Shown here one piece after another: positions 54,081 through 62,517 of a stretch of 64,000 nucleotides of DNA (within the stretch, counting starts at the first letter, position 1; every line of letters starts with the position of its first letter). The notes under the pieces were generated by a model that was not told the origin of the DNA, searched no databases, and saw only the letters and a list, made by a program, of their open reading frames with translations. The translations under genes and the position numbers were made by a program. This DNA is from a virus (Duplodnaviria > Heunggongvirae > Uroviricota > Caudoviricetes). Location: the IMG/VR virus record IMGVR_UViG_3300021060_000024, positions 11,577-75,576 of that record; one strand, 5' to 3'.

Positions 54081-55310
54081 TCACATGATGGCGTGGAGGA
54101 TGGCGGCCGCCATGAGCGGCGGTACGGCGTTGCCCACCTGCTGCTGCTGGGACGTCTTGCTGCCCTGCCAGGGGTAGTCGCGGTCGAAGGACTGCAGCAC
54201 GCCAGCCTCGGCCTGGGTCACGCGGACCGAGCCGGGGGTCTTCTGGCGCGGGGGGTCGCCAGCCTTGCGGTAGCCGGGCGCCGCGATGACGTCGCCCGCG
54301 AACGTGCCGACCACGGTCGGGGAGGTGTCGCCCTCGACGGCAGCCACGGGCTGCCAGCGCGTGCCGGTGGCGAGCGTGTCGCGCGGGTCGATGTCGCCCG
54401 ACTCCTGCCAGGTCACCGCGTTGCCGCGACCACCGAAATGGATCGTAGGGGCAGGAGTGGACTCGTGACGCACGGCCGTGTTGGCCTGGTTGCCGTTGTA
54501 GAACCACTGCCCGCGCGTGACCTTGCTGGTGACGGCAGCAGCGGGCTGCTCGGCGGTGCGCACGCCACGGGCGGCGGGGTCGCCGCCGGTGCCGTAGTTG
54601 GACCGGATGGCCTCGCCGTGGTGGGCGTCGAGCGCGTCGGCCATGGAGACCCACGAGGGCACGCCCTCGTCGCGGCGCTGGGGGTCGCGGGGGTAGTAGG
54701 CGCTGTGGGTGGGCTCAGGCAGGGACACCTCGCGCACCCGGGAGGCCACCAGCACGGCGCGGCGGCGAGTCTGCGGCACGCCGTACTGCTCGGACTTGAG
54801 CACGCCCGTGGCCACGCTGTAGCCCCACTCGCGCAGGTGCTCGGCGTAGGCCTCCCACACGGGCAGGACGGCGGGCACCTGCTCCAGCGCGACCCACTGG
54901 GGGCGCTGGTCGCGGATGACGGTCAGCGGGTGCAGGACCAGGACCGACCGGTCGTCGAGCGTGGCATCGGCCACGATCTCCACGGCCTGCTCGGGGCTGT
55001 AGCCGCAGCCGACCAGGTCGACAGCGTCGAGCAGGTGGCCCAGCGCAGCGCGACCGGCGCCCTTGCCAGCGGCCGTGAACGTCTGGCACGGCGGACTAGA
55101 GATGTAACCGACGTGGGCAATCAGATTGACCAGGCGCACGTCCCCGCGGATGCGCTGGTGACCAGCGGCCACGGCCGTGGCGCACGCGTTGGCGTCCCAC
55201 TCCACGCCCATGACACGGGCGGGGTCGACGCCGAGCAGGCGCAGCCCCTCGTCCCAGCCGCCGGGGCCGGCGAAGTCGTCGCGGATGTCGATGATCGTGG
55301 GGGTGGACAT
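54081..55310 (-). CDS. DNA (cytosine-5)-methyltransferase (orphan)
   Basis: Motif I FAGPGGW, motif IV SPPCQTFTAAGK, motif VI-like LEQVPAV, motif VIII QTRRRAVLVAS. Start MSTPTIIDI (the longer N-terminus in the track is promoter read-through). Confidence 0.8.
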   Translation of the reverse strand: MSTPTIIDIRDDFAGPGGWDEGLRLLGVDPARVMGVEWDANACATAVAAGHQRIRGDVRLVNLIAHVGYISSPPCQTFTAAGKGAGRAALGHLLDAVDLVGCGYSPEQAVEIVADATLDDRSVLVLHPLTVIRDQRPQWVALEQVPAVLPVWEAYAEHLREWGYSVATGVLKSEQYGVPQTRRRAVLVASRVREVSLPEPTHSAYYPRDPQRRDEGVPSWVSMADALDAHHGEAIRSNYGTGGDPAARGVRTAEQPAAAVTSKVTRGQWFYNGNQANTAVRHESTPAPTIHFGGRGNAVTWQESGDIDPRDTLATGTRWQPVAAVEGDTSPTVVGTFAGDVIAAPGYRKAGDPPRQKTPGSVRVTQAEAGVLQSFDRDYPWQGSKTSQQQQVGNAVPPLMAAAILHAIM

Positions 55311-55341
55311 GGTCGGTGCCTCCGTGGTGGGTGGTGCCGGG

Positions 55342-55409
55342 CTGATGGGTAGAACGTTACGGGGTGGCGGGGGGCCGGTCAACCCCTGGCAGCGTGACGT
55401 GCGTCACAC
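55342..55409 (-). promoter_or_regulatory. promoter/operator cassette E3
   Basis: GTGTGACGCACGTCAC palindrome, TTGACC, 17 bp, TAACGT. Confidence 0.55.
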
Positions 55410-55438
55410 CGGATGAGCCGGCCCCCCCAGCTGATGAT

Positions 55439-55942
55439 CTAGAAGCACGCCGAGCAGGTGCAGTGGCGGCGCTTGCCGGACTGGCAGCGGGGGGAGGGGT
55501 CGTGCGGGGGCAGCACCCCGTCGCGGCAGGACTGGCAGGGCTCGGACTCGCGCAGCAGCGCAGCCAGGCGCTCGACGTGGTTGCGCTGGTCGTCGGCGCG
55601 GGAGCGCAGCGTGGTGGCCAGGGCCACGGAGGATGCGTCGCGCATCTTGCGCAGGATGGTGCCGAGGTAGGCGCGCTCGCCCGCCAGGAGATCGGTGAGC
55701 CCGTCGCGGTCCAGCACCAGCAGCGTGGTGTCGTCGCTACCCACGTGCAGCACGACCGGCACACCGTCCAGCGTGGTGCCGTGGTGGGTGCCGACGGGGA
55801 GCATGCGGCCGGGGGTGGCGCGGGCAGTGCTGGCCAGCCCGTCGTGCAGCGGCATGCCGAACGTGTCGGCCGGGTCGGTGATCGTGACGTGCTGGTCGGA
55901 CAGGACGTGACCCAGGCGGGTGATGGTCTCGGACATGATCAT
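55439..55942 (-). CDS. hypothetical protein with Cys-rich C-terminus (167 aa)
   Basis: Starts MIMSE (ATGATCATG). C-terminal CQSCRDG...RCQSGKRRHCTCSAC. Confidence 0.4.
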   Translation of the reverse strand: MIMSETITRLGHVLSDQHVTITDPADTFGMPLHDGLASTARATPGRMLPVGTHHGTTLDGVPVVLHVGSDDTTLLVLDRDGLTDLLAGERAYLGTILRKMRDASSVALATTLRSRADDQRNHVERLAALLRESEPCQSCRDGVLPPHDPSPRCQSGKRRHCTCSACF

Positions 55943-56025
55943 GGCCTCCGTGGTGGTGGGTGGGTGGTGGGCGTGCCTGGCCCCGGTGCCGGTCCGGGTG
56001 CGCCCCACGGCGCCAGGCCAGTAGG

Positions 56026-56232
56026 TCAGTGCTGCTCGCGCCAACGGTGCAGGGAGAGGGCGGACTGAGCCGACCCGATGTCACCACCCACCTCGCCGAC
56101 GACGTGAGCCAGGCAGACCGGGCACAGCGTGTGCCAGGTGTTGTCACCAGCGTGGCTGATGCTGCCGACGCGAGCGACGATGATGGGGGTAGCGGGGGTG
56201 GCGGTGGGGGTGAGGGTCTTGGACATGATCAT
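56026..56232 (-). CDS. small zinc-ribbon protein (68 aa)
   Basis: Also starts MIMS. CPVCLAHV. Driven by cassette E4. Confidence 0.4.
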   Translation of the reverse strand: MIMSKTLTPTATPATPIIVARVGSISHAGDNTWHTLCPVCLAHVVGEVGGDIGSAQSALSLHRWREQH

Positions 56233-56258
56233 GGCCTCCGTGGTGGTGGGTGGTGGTG

Positions 56259-56327
56259 CCTGATGGGTAGAACGTTACGGGGTGGTGCGGGGCGGGTCAA
56301 CTCCTGGCGGCGTGACGTGCATCACAC
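56259..56327 (-). promoter_or_regulatory. promoter/operator cassette E4
   Basis: GTGTGATGCACGTCAC palindrome, TTGACC, 17 bp, TAACGT. Confidence 0.55.
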
Positions 56328-56397
56328 CCGGATGGGCCGGCCCCAGAGCTCTGGACCTTGGTCCCCGGGCCCGCGCGCGCGGGCCCGGGGTGGTGCC

Positions 56398-57078
56398 TCA
56401 CGCGGACAGCGCGTGCCCGTCGAACGCACCGGGGGCCCAGTAGTTGCGGCGCCACGCGATCCACGTCACGGCCTGCACCTCGCTGGCGGCCACGGGGCGA
56501 CCCATCTCACGCGAGAGGATGCGCGCGGCCCGTCGGTAGCCATCGGCCGCCCACGCGTAGCGGGTGCCGGTGATGCCCGGTCGCACAGGCAGGCTCTCGT
56601 CGCCGGAGATGGCGTCGTCGCGGTGGCGCGTGTTGGTCACGATGTCCCACGCGTGGCGGTCGATGCACACGGCGTCGAGGTCGGTGCCGCCCGAGACGAT
56701 GCACGCCCAGAAGTTGGTGATCTTGGGGGAGTTGAGCGTAGTCGGGATGTCGGCACCCGAGAGGATGGCGGCCGCCTTGCGCAGCCCGGTCCCGAGGTAG
56801 CCCGCCGTGGTGGTGATGCCCTCGGCGTGGTCGGCCAGGATGCGCCCGGCGAGGTTGACGTTCGCGCCCCAGGAGTTGAGCGGGCTGGTGGCCGCGATGA
56901 CACCGGCGGCCTGGGCCAGCGTGACGCCGTAGCGGGTGGCGAGCGCGTCCGCGATGCGCTGCGCGTCGGCATACCAGCCGATGCCGGTCACGATGCCGTC
57001 GGCGATGGCCAGCCGGTACAGGGTGGTGATGTTGCGGGTGGCGAGCGCGTCGGTGATGGGGGCGGTGAAGCGAGCCAT
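56398..57078 (-). CDS. hypothetical protein (226 aa)
   Basis: Track ORF. Driven by cassette E5. Confidence 0.45.
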   Translation of the reverse strand: MARFTAPITDALATRNITTLYRLAIADGIVTGIGWYADAQRIADALATRYGVTLAQAAGVIAATSPLNSWGANVNLAGRILADHAEGITTTAGYLGTGLRKAAAILSGADIPTTLNSPKITNFWACIVSGGTDLDAVCIDRHAWDIVTNTRHRDDAISGDESLPVRPGITGTRYAWAADGYRRAARILSREMGRPVAASEVQAVTWIAWRRNYWAPGAFDGHALSA

Positions 57079-57112
57079 GATCGTGAACCTCCGTGGTGGT
57101 GGGTGGGTCCTG

Positions 57113-57180
57113 CTGATGGGTAGAACGTTACGGGGTGGGGGCTGGGCTGTCCAGCCCCCACGGTGTGACCTGCGTCACAC
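57113..57180 (-). promoter_or_regulatory. promoter/operator cassette E5
   Basis: GTGTGACCTGCGTCACAC (on the plus strand) plus second palindrome GGGGGCTGGGCTGTCCAGCCCCC. TGGACA, 17 bp, TAACGT. Confidence 0.55.
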
Positions 57181-57549
57181 GATGCGGCCCGAGAGCGTGG
57201 CCCGGTAGGCCTGGCGCGCACGCTCCACGCGCACCTCGCGCTCACGGCTGCTCGGGCTGGTGTGGTCGCGCCACTCGATCGGGCGCCACGTGGTAGCCAC
57301 CCCGTCGATGGACGTGTCGGACAGGTGGCGCCCGGTCAGCGCGTAGTACTCCGTGGAGCGCACGGCCTCGCGTCGGTAGCCTGCCGCCTGCTGCGCGTAG
57401 TGGTCGGCCTGGCTGGCCATACCCATGATCCGGAACATGCGGGACTGCGTGATCGCGAACCGTGCAGCGTTGAGCGCGTAGTCGCGGCCGTGGGTGTTCA
57501 CGTCGTACGTGCGTGCGTCGCTGATCTTGGTGGCGAGGGTGGTGGACAT
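57175..57549 (-). CDS. hypothetical protein (124 aa)
   Basis: Track ORF. Driven by cassette E6. Confidence 0.4.
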   Translation of the reverse strand: MSTTLATKISDARTYDVNTHGRDYALNAARFAITQSRMFRIMGMASQADHYAQQAAGYRREAVRSTEYYALTGRHLSDTSIDGVATTWRPIEWRDHTSPSSREREVRVERARQAYRATLSGRIV

Positions 57550-57582
57550 GATCTTGACCTCCGTGGTGGTGGGCGGGTCGTG

Positions 57583-57650
57583 CTGATGGGTAGAACGTTA
57601 CGGGGTGGGGGCTGGGCTGTCCAGCCCCCACGGTGTGACCTGCGTCACAC
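57583..57650 (-). promoter_or_regulatory. promoter/operator cassette E6 (near-identical to E5)
   Basis: Same composite as E5. Confidence 0.55.
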
Positions 57651-57992
57651 CAGCCCGAGGACGAGGTAGGCCTCGGTGCCGTCGGTGCCGGGGTCACCCA
57701 CGGTAACGAAGTAGCGCGGGCCCTGCTCACCCTCGCAGAACGCCAGGGCCACCATGGTGCCCTCACTGTTGGGGGCGTAGTCGCGGAAGACGATCTCGCC
57801 CGTGGCGGGGTCGGTGGTCACGTAGGCGGTGCAGTCATCGGCGACCCGGATGCTCATCTCGTCGGCCGTGGTGGAGAACGTCACTCGGGCCTGTGCGGGG
57901 ACCGTGGTGGAGGCACTGGCGGCCGAGGCGCCGAAGATGGCCAGGGTGAGGAACGCGAGGGTGAGGGCGAGGGTGCGAGCGATGCGGGCCAT
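57645..57992 (-). CDS. secreted hypothetical protein (115 aa)
   Basis: Signal peptide MARIARTLALTLAFLTLAIFGASAASA. Driven by cassette E7. Confidence 0.45.
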   Translation of the reverse strand: MARIARTLALTLAFLTLAIFGASAASASTTVPAQARVTFSTTADEMSIRVADDCTAYVTTDPATGEIVFRDYAPNSEGTMVALAFCEGEQGPRYFVTVGDPGTDGTEAYLVLGLV

Positions 57993-58027
57993 GATCGTGA
58001 TCTCCTGTTCTCGGCCGCCCTGTGCGG

Positions 58028-58095
58028 CTGATGGGTAGAACGTTACGGGGGCCGAGGGTCGCTGTCCACCCCACACCGTGTGACCTGCATCACAG
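58028..58095 (-). promoter_or_regulatory. promoter/operator cassette E7
   Basis: CTGTGATGCAGGTCACAC palindrome, TGGACA, 17 bp, TAACGT. Confidence 0.5.
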
Positions 58096-58329
58096 AGCTC
58101 TGGGTGACCAAGCATCACTGTGGGTAGTGGCCGGCTCAGCCCCATACCTACCGTGCGCACACGCGCGTACCCGCGACCTACCACACCCATAGGTGTGTGT
58201 GCAATGCGTGGGTAGTGCATGGCCATGCATACCCACAACGGCCCTGTACGCCACGCTGCGCCCCTTTACCCCCGTAGTGGCACTACCACCCACGCATGCC
58301 CTGTTCGTGGCGCAGCGTGCATCGGTGCT

Positions 58330-58540
58330 GGTCACAGGCATGATCATTGTGTATGTAAGAACATTGTTTACATGTATGTCATGACATGTGATGCATACAT
58401 TGTGTTGCATGTGTATGCAATCACTACATGTAGTGATCACACTACATGTTGTTACATACGCATGTGATGTATGTATGTTGTGTGCGATGTAACACATAGT
58501 CATTGATCACTACACATAGTCATGCTCACTGTGTGTGTGC
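58330..58540. other. AT-rich palindrome/iteron island (candidate cos/pac or ori) between divergent blocks
   Basis: GC falls to about 35-40% over ~200 bp. Perfect 14-bp palindrome CACTACATGTAGTG. Repeated CATGTGATG(C/T)AT, ACATGT and TGATCAC(T)ACA. Flanked by direct repeats GTGGCCGGCT...ACCTAC(C/G)GTG at about 58127 and 58555. Confidence 0.45.
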
Positions 58541-58805
58541 CTATGCCTACCCACAGTGGCCGGCTACCTACGGTGATGGGTCATGCACGGAGAGCTCCGA
58601 CTACGGTGCGTAACGATCAAGAGCTCAGGGTGATGGGGGTGTGCATGGCCCTCCGCGTTTGTCAGGACATACCCCCACCCCTGGGGGGGTGACCCCTTGA
58701 TCAGCTTCGACGGCTGACCTGTGGAGAGGGGAAAAAACGGGCGGTCAAGTTCAAGAGCATCTGGCGTCACACCAGTAACACGGGCCACGCGGCTACGCTG
58801 CGGGC

Positions 58806-59162
58806 ATGCAGCTGGACGTGGAGGCCGCGGCCCGCATCGCCTACGGAGGGGTGCGCGCCCTGGCCATCGAGGCTGGTCAGGCGCATGTTCCGCTGTCCTG
58901 GGACAAGGCGCCGGAGTGGGCCCGCAACGAGATGCGCACCGAGATCGTCGAGGCTCTGGACGAGCCCGACGCCGAGGCGCGCTGGCGTCGCCTGCGTCGC
59001 GAGCGTCAGACCTCCGGCTGGCGCTACGGGCCCAAGCTCGACGGCCGCGAGAAGACCGACCCCCGCCTGGCTGAGGAGTACGACCGGCTCGACGACTTCT
59101 GGCGCCAGCGCGACGCCGTGGTCGGGGCCGCGGTCGCTGCGCTGCTGCCCTGGCTGCGCTGA
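58806..59162 (+). CDS. hypothetical protein (118 aa)
   Basis: First rightward gene after the AT-rich island. Confidence 0.4.
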   Translation: MQLDVEAAARIAYGGVRALAIEAGQAHVPLSWDKAPEWARNEMRTEIVEALDEPDAEARWRRLRRERQTSGWRYGPKLDGREKTDPRLAEEYDRLDDFWRQRDAVVGAAVAALLPWLR

Positions 59163-59332
59163 TGGCCGCGACCGGCTACAAGGTGGAGGTCACCTGCCCG
59201 CTCGGCTGCAAGATCAAGCTCACCGAGGTGCTGTCGTTCGCCGTGGTCACCAACGGTGCAGTACGGGTCGAGCTCGACGTCGATCGCTACGAGCTCGCCA
59301 TGCACGCCCACATGGTCGGGATGCACTCGTAG
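59162..59332 (+). CDS. hypothetical small protein (56 aa)
   Basis: Stop/ATG overlap. CPLGC motif. Confidence 0.3.
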   Translation: MAATGYKVEVTCPLGCKIKLTEVLSFAVVTNGAVRVELDVDRYELAMHAHMVGMHS

Positions 59333-59356
59333 CATCCTCATCAGGAGGTGGACAAG

Positions 59357-60049
59357 ATGCCGTCAGGTGGAGCACGCATGCGGTCGGGGCCGGCCAAGGA
59401 CCCGAACGCGCTGCGTCGTGTACGCGACGCCAAGGAGTGGGTGAAGCTCACGCGCGACGCGCGCGTCGGCATCCCCGCGCCCGAGTGGCCGCTGGACCCC
59501 CCGATCGCCGTGCAGGCGCACATCGACTTCCTGACCGAGCAGGTCGAGGAGCTGCGCGACAAGTGGGCCGCGGCCGAGGATGGCCGCACAGCCAACGCGC
59601 TCGCGAAGAAGCTCGACCGGGCCTCGGAGAACCTCAAGGTCATGGAGGCTGTGGAGGCCGCGCGTGAAGAGCGCGAGGGTGCGCTGTGGGTGAAGCTCTG
59701 GCAGTACCCGCAGGCCGCGGTCTGGGAGGCCGACTTCCAGCACCTCAACGTCGCGCTGTACGTGCGCATGTTCCTGGAGTCCAGCCAGCCCGGAGCGAAG
59801 GGCGCTGACCGCACGGTGCTGCGCCAGCTCGGCGACAGCCTGCTGCTGACCGAGCCCAGCCTGCACGCGCACAAGTACGTGATCGACGCCGACATCGTCG
59901 GCGGGGCTGACCCCGACCTCGTCGCGGACAAGGCCGGGCTGAACCCGGCCGACGAGGGCGAGGCCCCCAAGAAGAAGCGTGGCCGCACGTCGCGCTTCCT
60001 GACCGTGGCCCCCGAGCCGCCCACCGAGGACGAGGACGACGCATCGTGA
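59357..60049 (+). CDS. putative terminase small subunit (position-based)
   Basis: AGGAGG 8 nt upstream of ATG. Basic and acidic termini. Lies upstream of the large terminase, but two small genes intervene. Confidence 0.3.
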   Translation: MPSGGARMRSGPAKDPNALRRVRDAKEWVKLTRDARVGIPAPEWPLDPPIAVQAHIDFLTEQVEELRDKWAAAEDGRTANALAKKLDRASENLKVMEAVEAAREEREGALWVKLWQYPQAAVWEADFQHLNVALYVRMFLESSQPGAKGADRTVLRQLGDSLLLTEPSLHAHKYVIDADIVGGADPDLVADKAGLNPADEGEAPKKKRGRTSRFLTVAPEPPTEDEDDAS

Positions 60050-60318
60050 CCATGTTCCGCAAGAAGCCCGTCGTGATCGAGGCCCGCCACTACGACGGCG
60101 GCCGGGAAGCGGCATACTCGCTGATCGACTGGATCGACCAGGACGCGGAGGGCAACGACGCCGTCTACGACCCCGAGGACAACGGCGTCGCCATCAAGAC
60201 GCTGGAGGGTGTCATGACGGCAGTGCCGGGCGACTGGATCATTCGGGGCGTGCAGGGCGAGTTCTACCCGTGCAAGCCCGACATCTTCGCGGCGACCTAC
60301 GACGAGGTGACCCAGTGA
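60046..60318 (+). CDS. hypothetical protein (90 aa)
   Basis: Track ORF. Confidence 0.4.
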   Translation: MTMFRKKPVVIEARHYDGGREAAYSLIDWIDQDAEGNDAVYDPEDNGVAIKTLEGVMTAVPGDWIIRGVQGEFYPCKPDIFAATYDEVTQ

Positions 60319-60632
60319 AGGTCCAGAAGATCGACATTACGCTGGAGGTGCCCAAGGCTGACGTCGTCGCCATGGGCCGTGACGCCGCGGCGCGCTACTG
60401 CATCGAGAAGCTGCGCCACGGGGCCGAGGAGAAGGCCCACGAGGTCGGCGGGCACGTCATCACCGACCGCGCGCCGGAGTTCCTCATCGAGGAGGGCTCG
60501 CGCCTGGACATCGGCGGGGACTGGCTGCTCATGGCCGCGCGCTTCGAGATCGAGGTGCCCGACTCCTTCGACGCCCACGCCCAGCCGGGCTCGGTCGTCA
60601 CCTCGCGCAACCGCATCCTGCTGCCGGGCTGA
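60315..60632 (+). CDS. hypothetical protein (105 aa), alternative terminase small subunit candidate
   Basis: GTGA overlap. Its stop overlaps the terminase large subunit ATG. Confidence 0.35.
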   Translation: MKVQKIDITLEVPKADVVAMGRDAAARYCIEKLRHGAEEKAHEVGGHVITDRAPEFLIEEGSRLDIGGDWLLMAARFEIEVPDSFDAHAQPGSVVTSRNRILLPG

Positions 60633-62380
60633 TGGCCGCGCCGTCCAAGACGGTCGCGCTGCCGTTCGCCGCCGAGGTCGGCAGCCCCAAGGACGTCACC
60701 TGGCCCGTGCTGGAGGTGGCGATCGACTGGGTCGAGCGCCACTGCGTCGTCCCTGACCGCTTCGAGGCGGGCCAGCCCTACCGCCTGGCCTCCTACCAGC
60801 TCTGGTTCTACGCCAACCACTACCGGGTGCGCGAGGACGCCGAGCTGACCGAAGTGCCGGACAACCGCACCGACTCGTTCGGCAACGTCGTCAGCCACGG
60901 CATGAAGCTCGTGCCGACCGGCGCGCCCGCCTTCTACTACCGCCGCAGCCAGATCATCATGCCCCAGAAGGCGGGCAAGGGGCCGCTGACCGCGAGCCAG
61001 ATCTGCCTGGAGGCTGTGGGCCCGGCCATGTTCGCTGGCTGGAGCGACGGCACCGAGGTCTACCGCTGCAGCGACCACTTCTGCGACTGCGGGTGGGAGT
61101 ACGAGTACGCCGAGGGCGAGGCCATGGGCGCGCCCTGGCCGACCGCGCTGATCCAGGTCACCGCCTTCTCCGAGGAGCAGGCGGGCAACGTCTGGGACGC
61201 GCTCAAGCCGATGATCGAGCTCGGCCCGCTGGCGTCGGTGATCAACATCGGCGAGGAGTTCGCGCGCCTGCCCGGCGGCGGCCGCATCGACAAGGTGACG
61301 TCGAGCGCGAAGTCCCGCCTGGGTCAGCGCGTGACCTTCGTGCCCCAGGACGAGCTCGGGCTGTGGGTGAAGGAGAACAAGATGATCTCCGTCGCCGACA
61401 CCCAGCGCCGCGGCGCCGCGGGCATGCAGGGCAGGGTCGTGGAGACCACCAACTCCTTCGACCCGGCCGAGGAGTCCGTGGCCCAGGGCACGGCCATGGC
61501 CGCCATGAAGTCCAAGGACCTGTTCCGCATCCATCCCCAGGGCGACCCGAGCCTGCGCTTCGCCGACAAGCGCCAGCGCCGGCTGATCCTCAAGCACGTC
61601 TACGCGGGCTGCCACTGGATCAACCTGGACTCCATCGAGGCCGAGATGGCCGAGATCTTGGAGCGCGACCCCGCCCAGGCCGAGCGCTTCTTCGGCAACC
61701 GCGTGGTGGCTGGCCTGGGTGCCTGGGTCGAGTCCGAGGAGTGGGCCAAGTGGTCCCGGCCCGACATCGTCGTGCCCCAGGGCGCGGAGGTCTGCGGCGG
61801 CTTCGACGGCTCCGAGTCCGACGATTGGACCGCGATTCGCCTGCAGACCAAGGAGGGGCACCGCTTCACCCCGCTGTACGGGCCCGACCGGCGCCCCACG
61901 TACTGGGACCCGCGCGACTGGGGCGGCTCGATCCCGCGCGGAGAGGTCTCGGCCGCGGTGGACGAGATCAGCCGCGAGTACCGCCTGCGCCGCCTCTACG
62001 CCGACCCCCGCGACTGGGAGACCGAGATCGGCGACTGGGCGCTCAAGCTCGGCGAGGAGGTGGTCTTCGAGTGGGCCACCTACCGCATCATCGACATGCA
62101 CAAGGCGCTGGTGCAGGCCCGCACCGACCTCATCCAGGGCCGCTCGACCCATGACGGCGACGAGACCGTGGCCATCCACGTCGGCAACGCGCGCAAGATC
62201 GCCAAGCCGATGGAGCGCTACATCATCGGCAAGCCGGACCAGCACCGCAAGATCGACATCTGCATGGCCGACGTGCTCGCGCACCGCGCCGCCAGCGACC
62301 TGCGCGCCGAGGGCTGGATCGTGCAGGCGGCCAAGCAGAAGGCGCTCACGCGCGTGCGTGGGCTGGCGCGCTCTCGCTGA
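60632..62380 (+). CDS. terminase large subunit
   Basis: 582 aa. N-terminal ATPase-like region and C-terminal acidic nuclease-like region. Followed by the portal gene. Confidence 0.75.
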   Translation: MAAPSKTVALPFAAEVGSPKDVTWPVLEVAIDWVERHCVVPDRFEAGQPYRLASYQLWFYANHYRVREDAELTEVPDNRTDSFGNVVSHGMKLVPTGAPAFYYRRSQIIMPQKAGKGPLTASQICLEAVGPAMFAGWSDGTEVYRCSDHFCDCGWEYEYAEGEAMGAPWPTALIQVTAFSEEQAGNVWDALKPMIELGPLASVINIGEEFARLPGGGRIDKVTSSAKSRLGQRVTFVPQDELGLWVKENKMISVADTQRRGAAGMQGRVVETTNSFDPAEESVAQGTAMAAMKSKDLFRIHPQGDPSLRFADKRQRRLILKHVYAGCHWINLDSIEAEMAEILERDPAQAERFFGNRVVAGLGAWVESEEWAKWSRPDIVVPQGAEVCGGFDGSESDDWTAIRLQTKEGHRFTPLYGPDRRPTYWDPRDWGGSIPRGEVSAAVDEISREYRLRRLYADPRDWETEIGDWALKLGEEVVFEWATYRIIDMHKALVQARTDLIQGRSTHDGDETVAIHVGNARKIAKPMERYIIGKPDQHRKIDICMADVLAHRAASDLRAEGWIVQAAKQKALTRVRGLARSR

Positions 62381-62517
62381 ACCTGCCCCCACGCCGCGGC
62401 CGCGGCGGGGCAGCCTGGCGGTGATCTCCTGCAGCGCGAGGCGGGGAGGTCGCTGGCGAGACGGCGCGAGGCCCCTCGTCCCACGCGGCGCGAGGCCGCA
62501 GACCCGAGGAGCACCCC

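Noticed and set aside
54081-58238. N-terminal extensions such as MTGPPPPRNVLPI... and ...PVTFYPSA... on several track ORFs
   Set aside because: These recurring peptides are translations of the repeated promoter cassette (TAGAACGTTACGGGGT). True starts are the downstream ATGs with GGAGG.
62383-62413. GC-rich near-perfect palindrome between the terminase large subunit and portal genes as a terminator
   Set aside because: No U-tract, and it sits inside a co-directional late operon. Possibly a processing or pause element. Low confidence, so not called.
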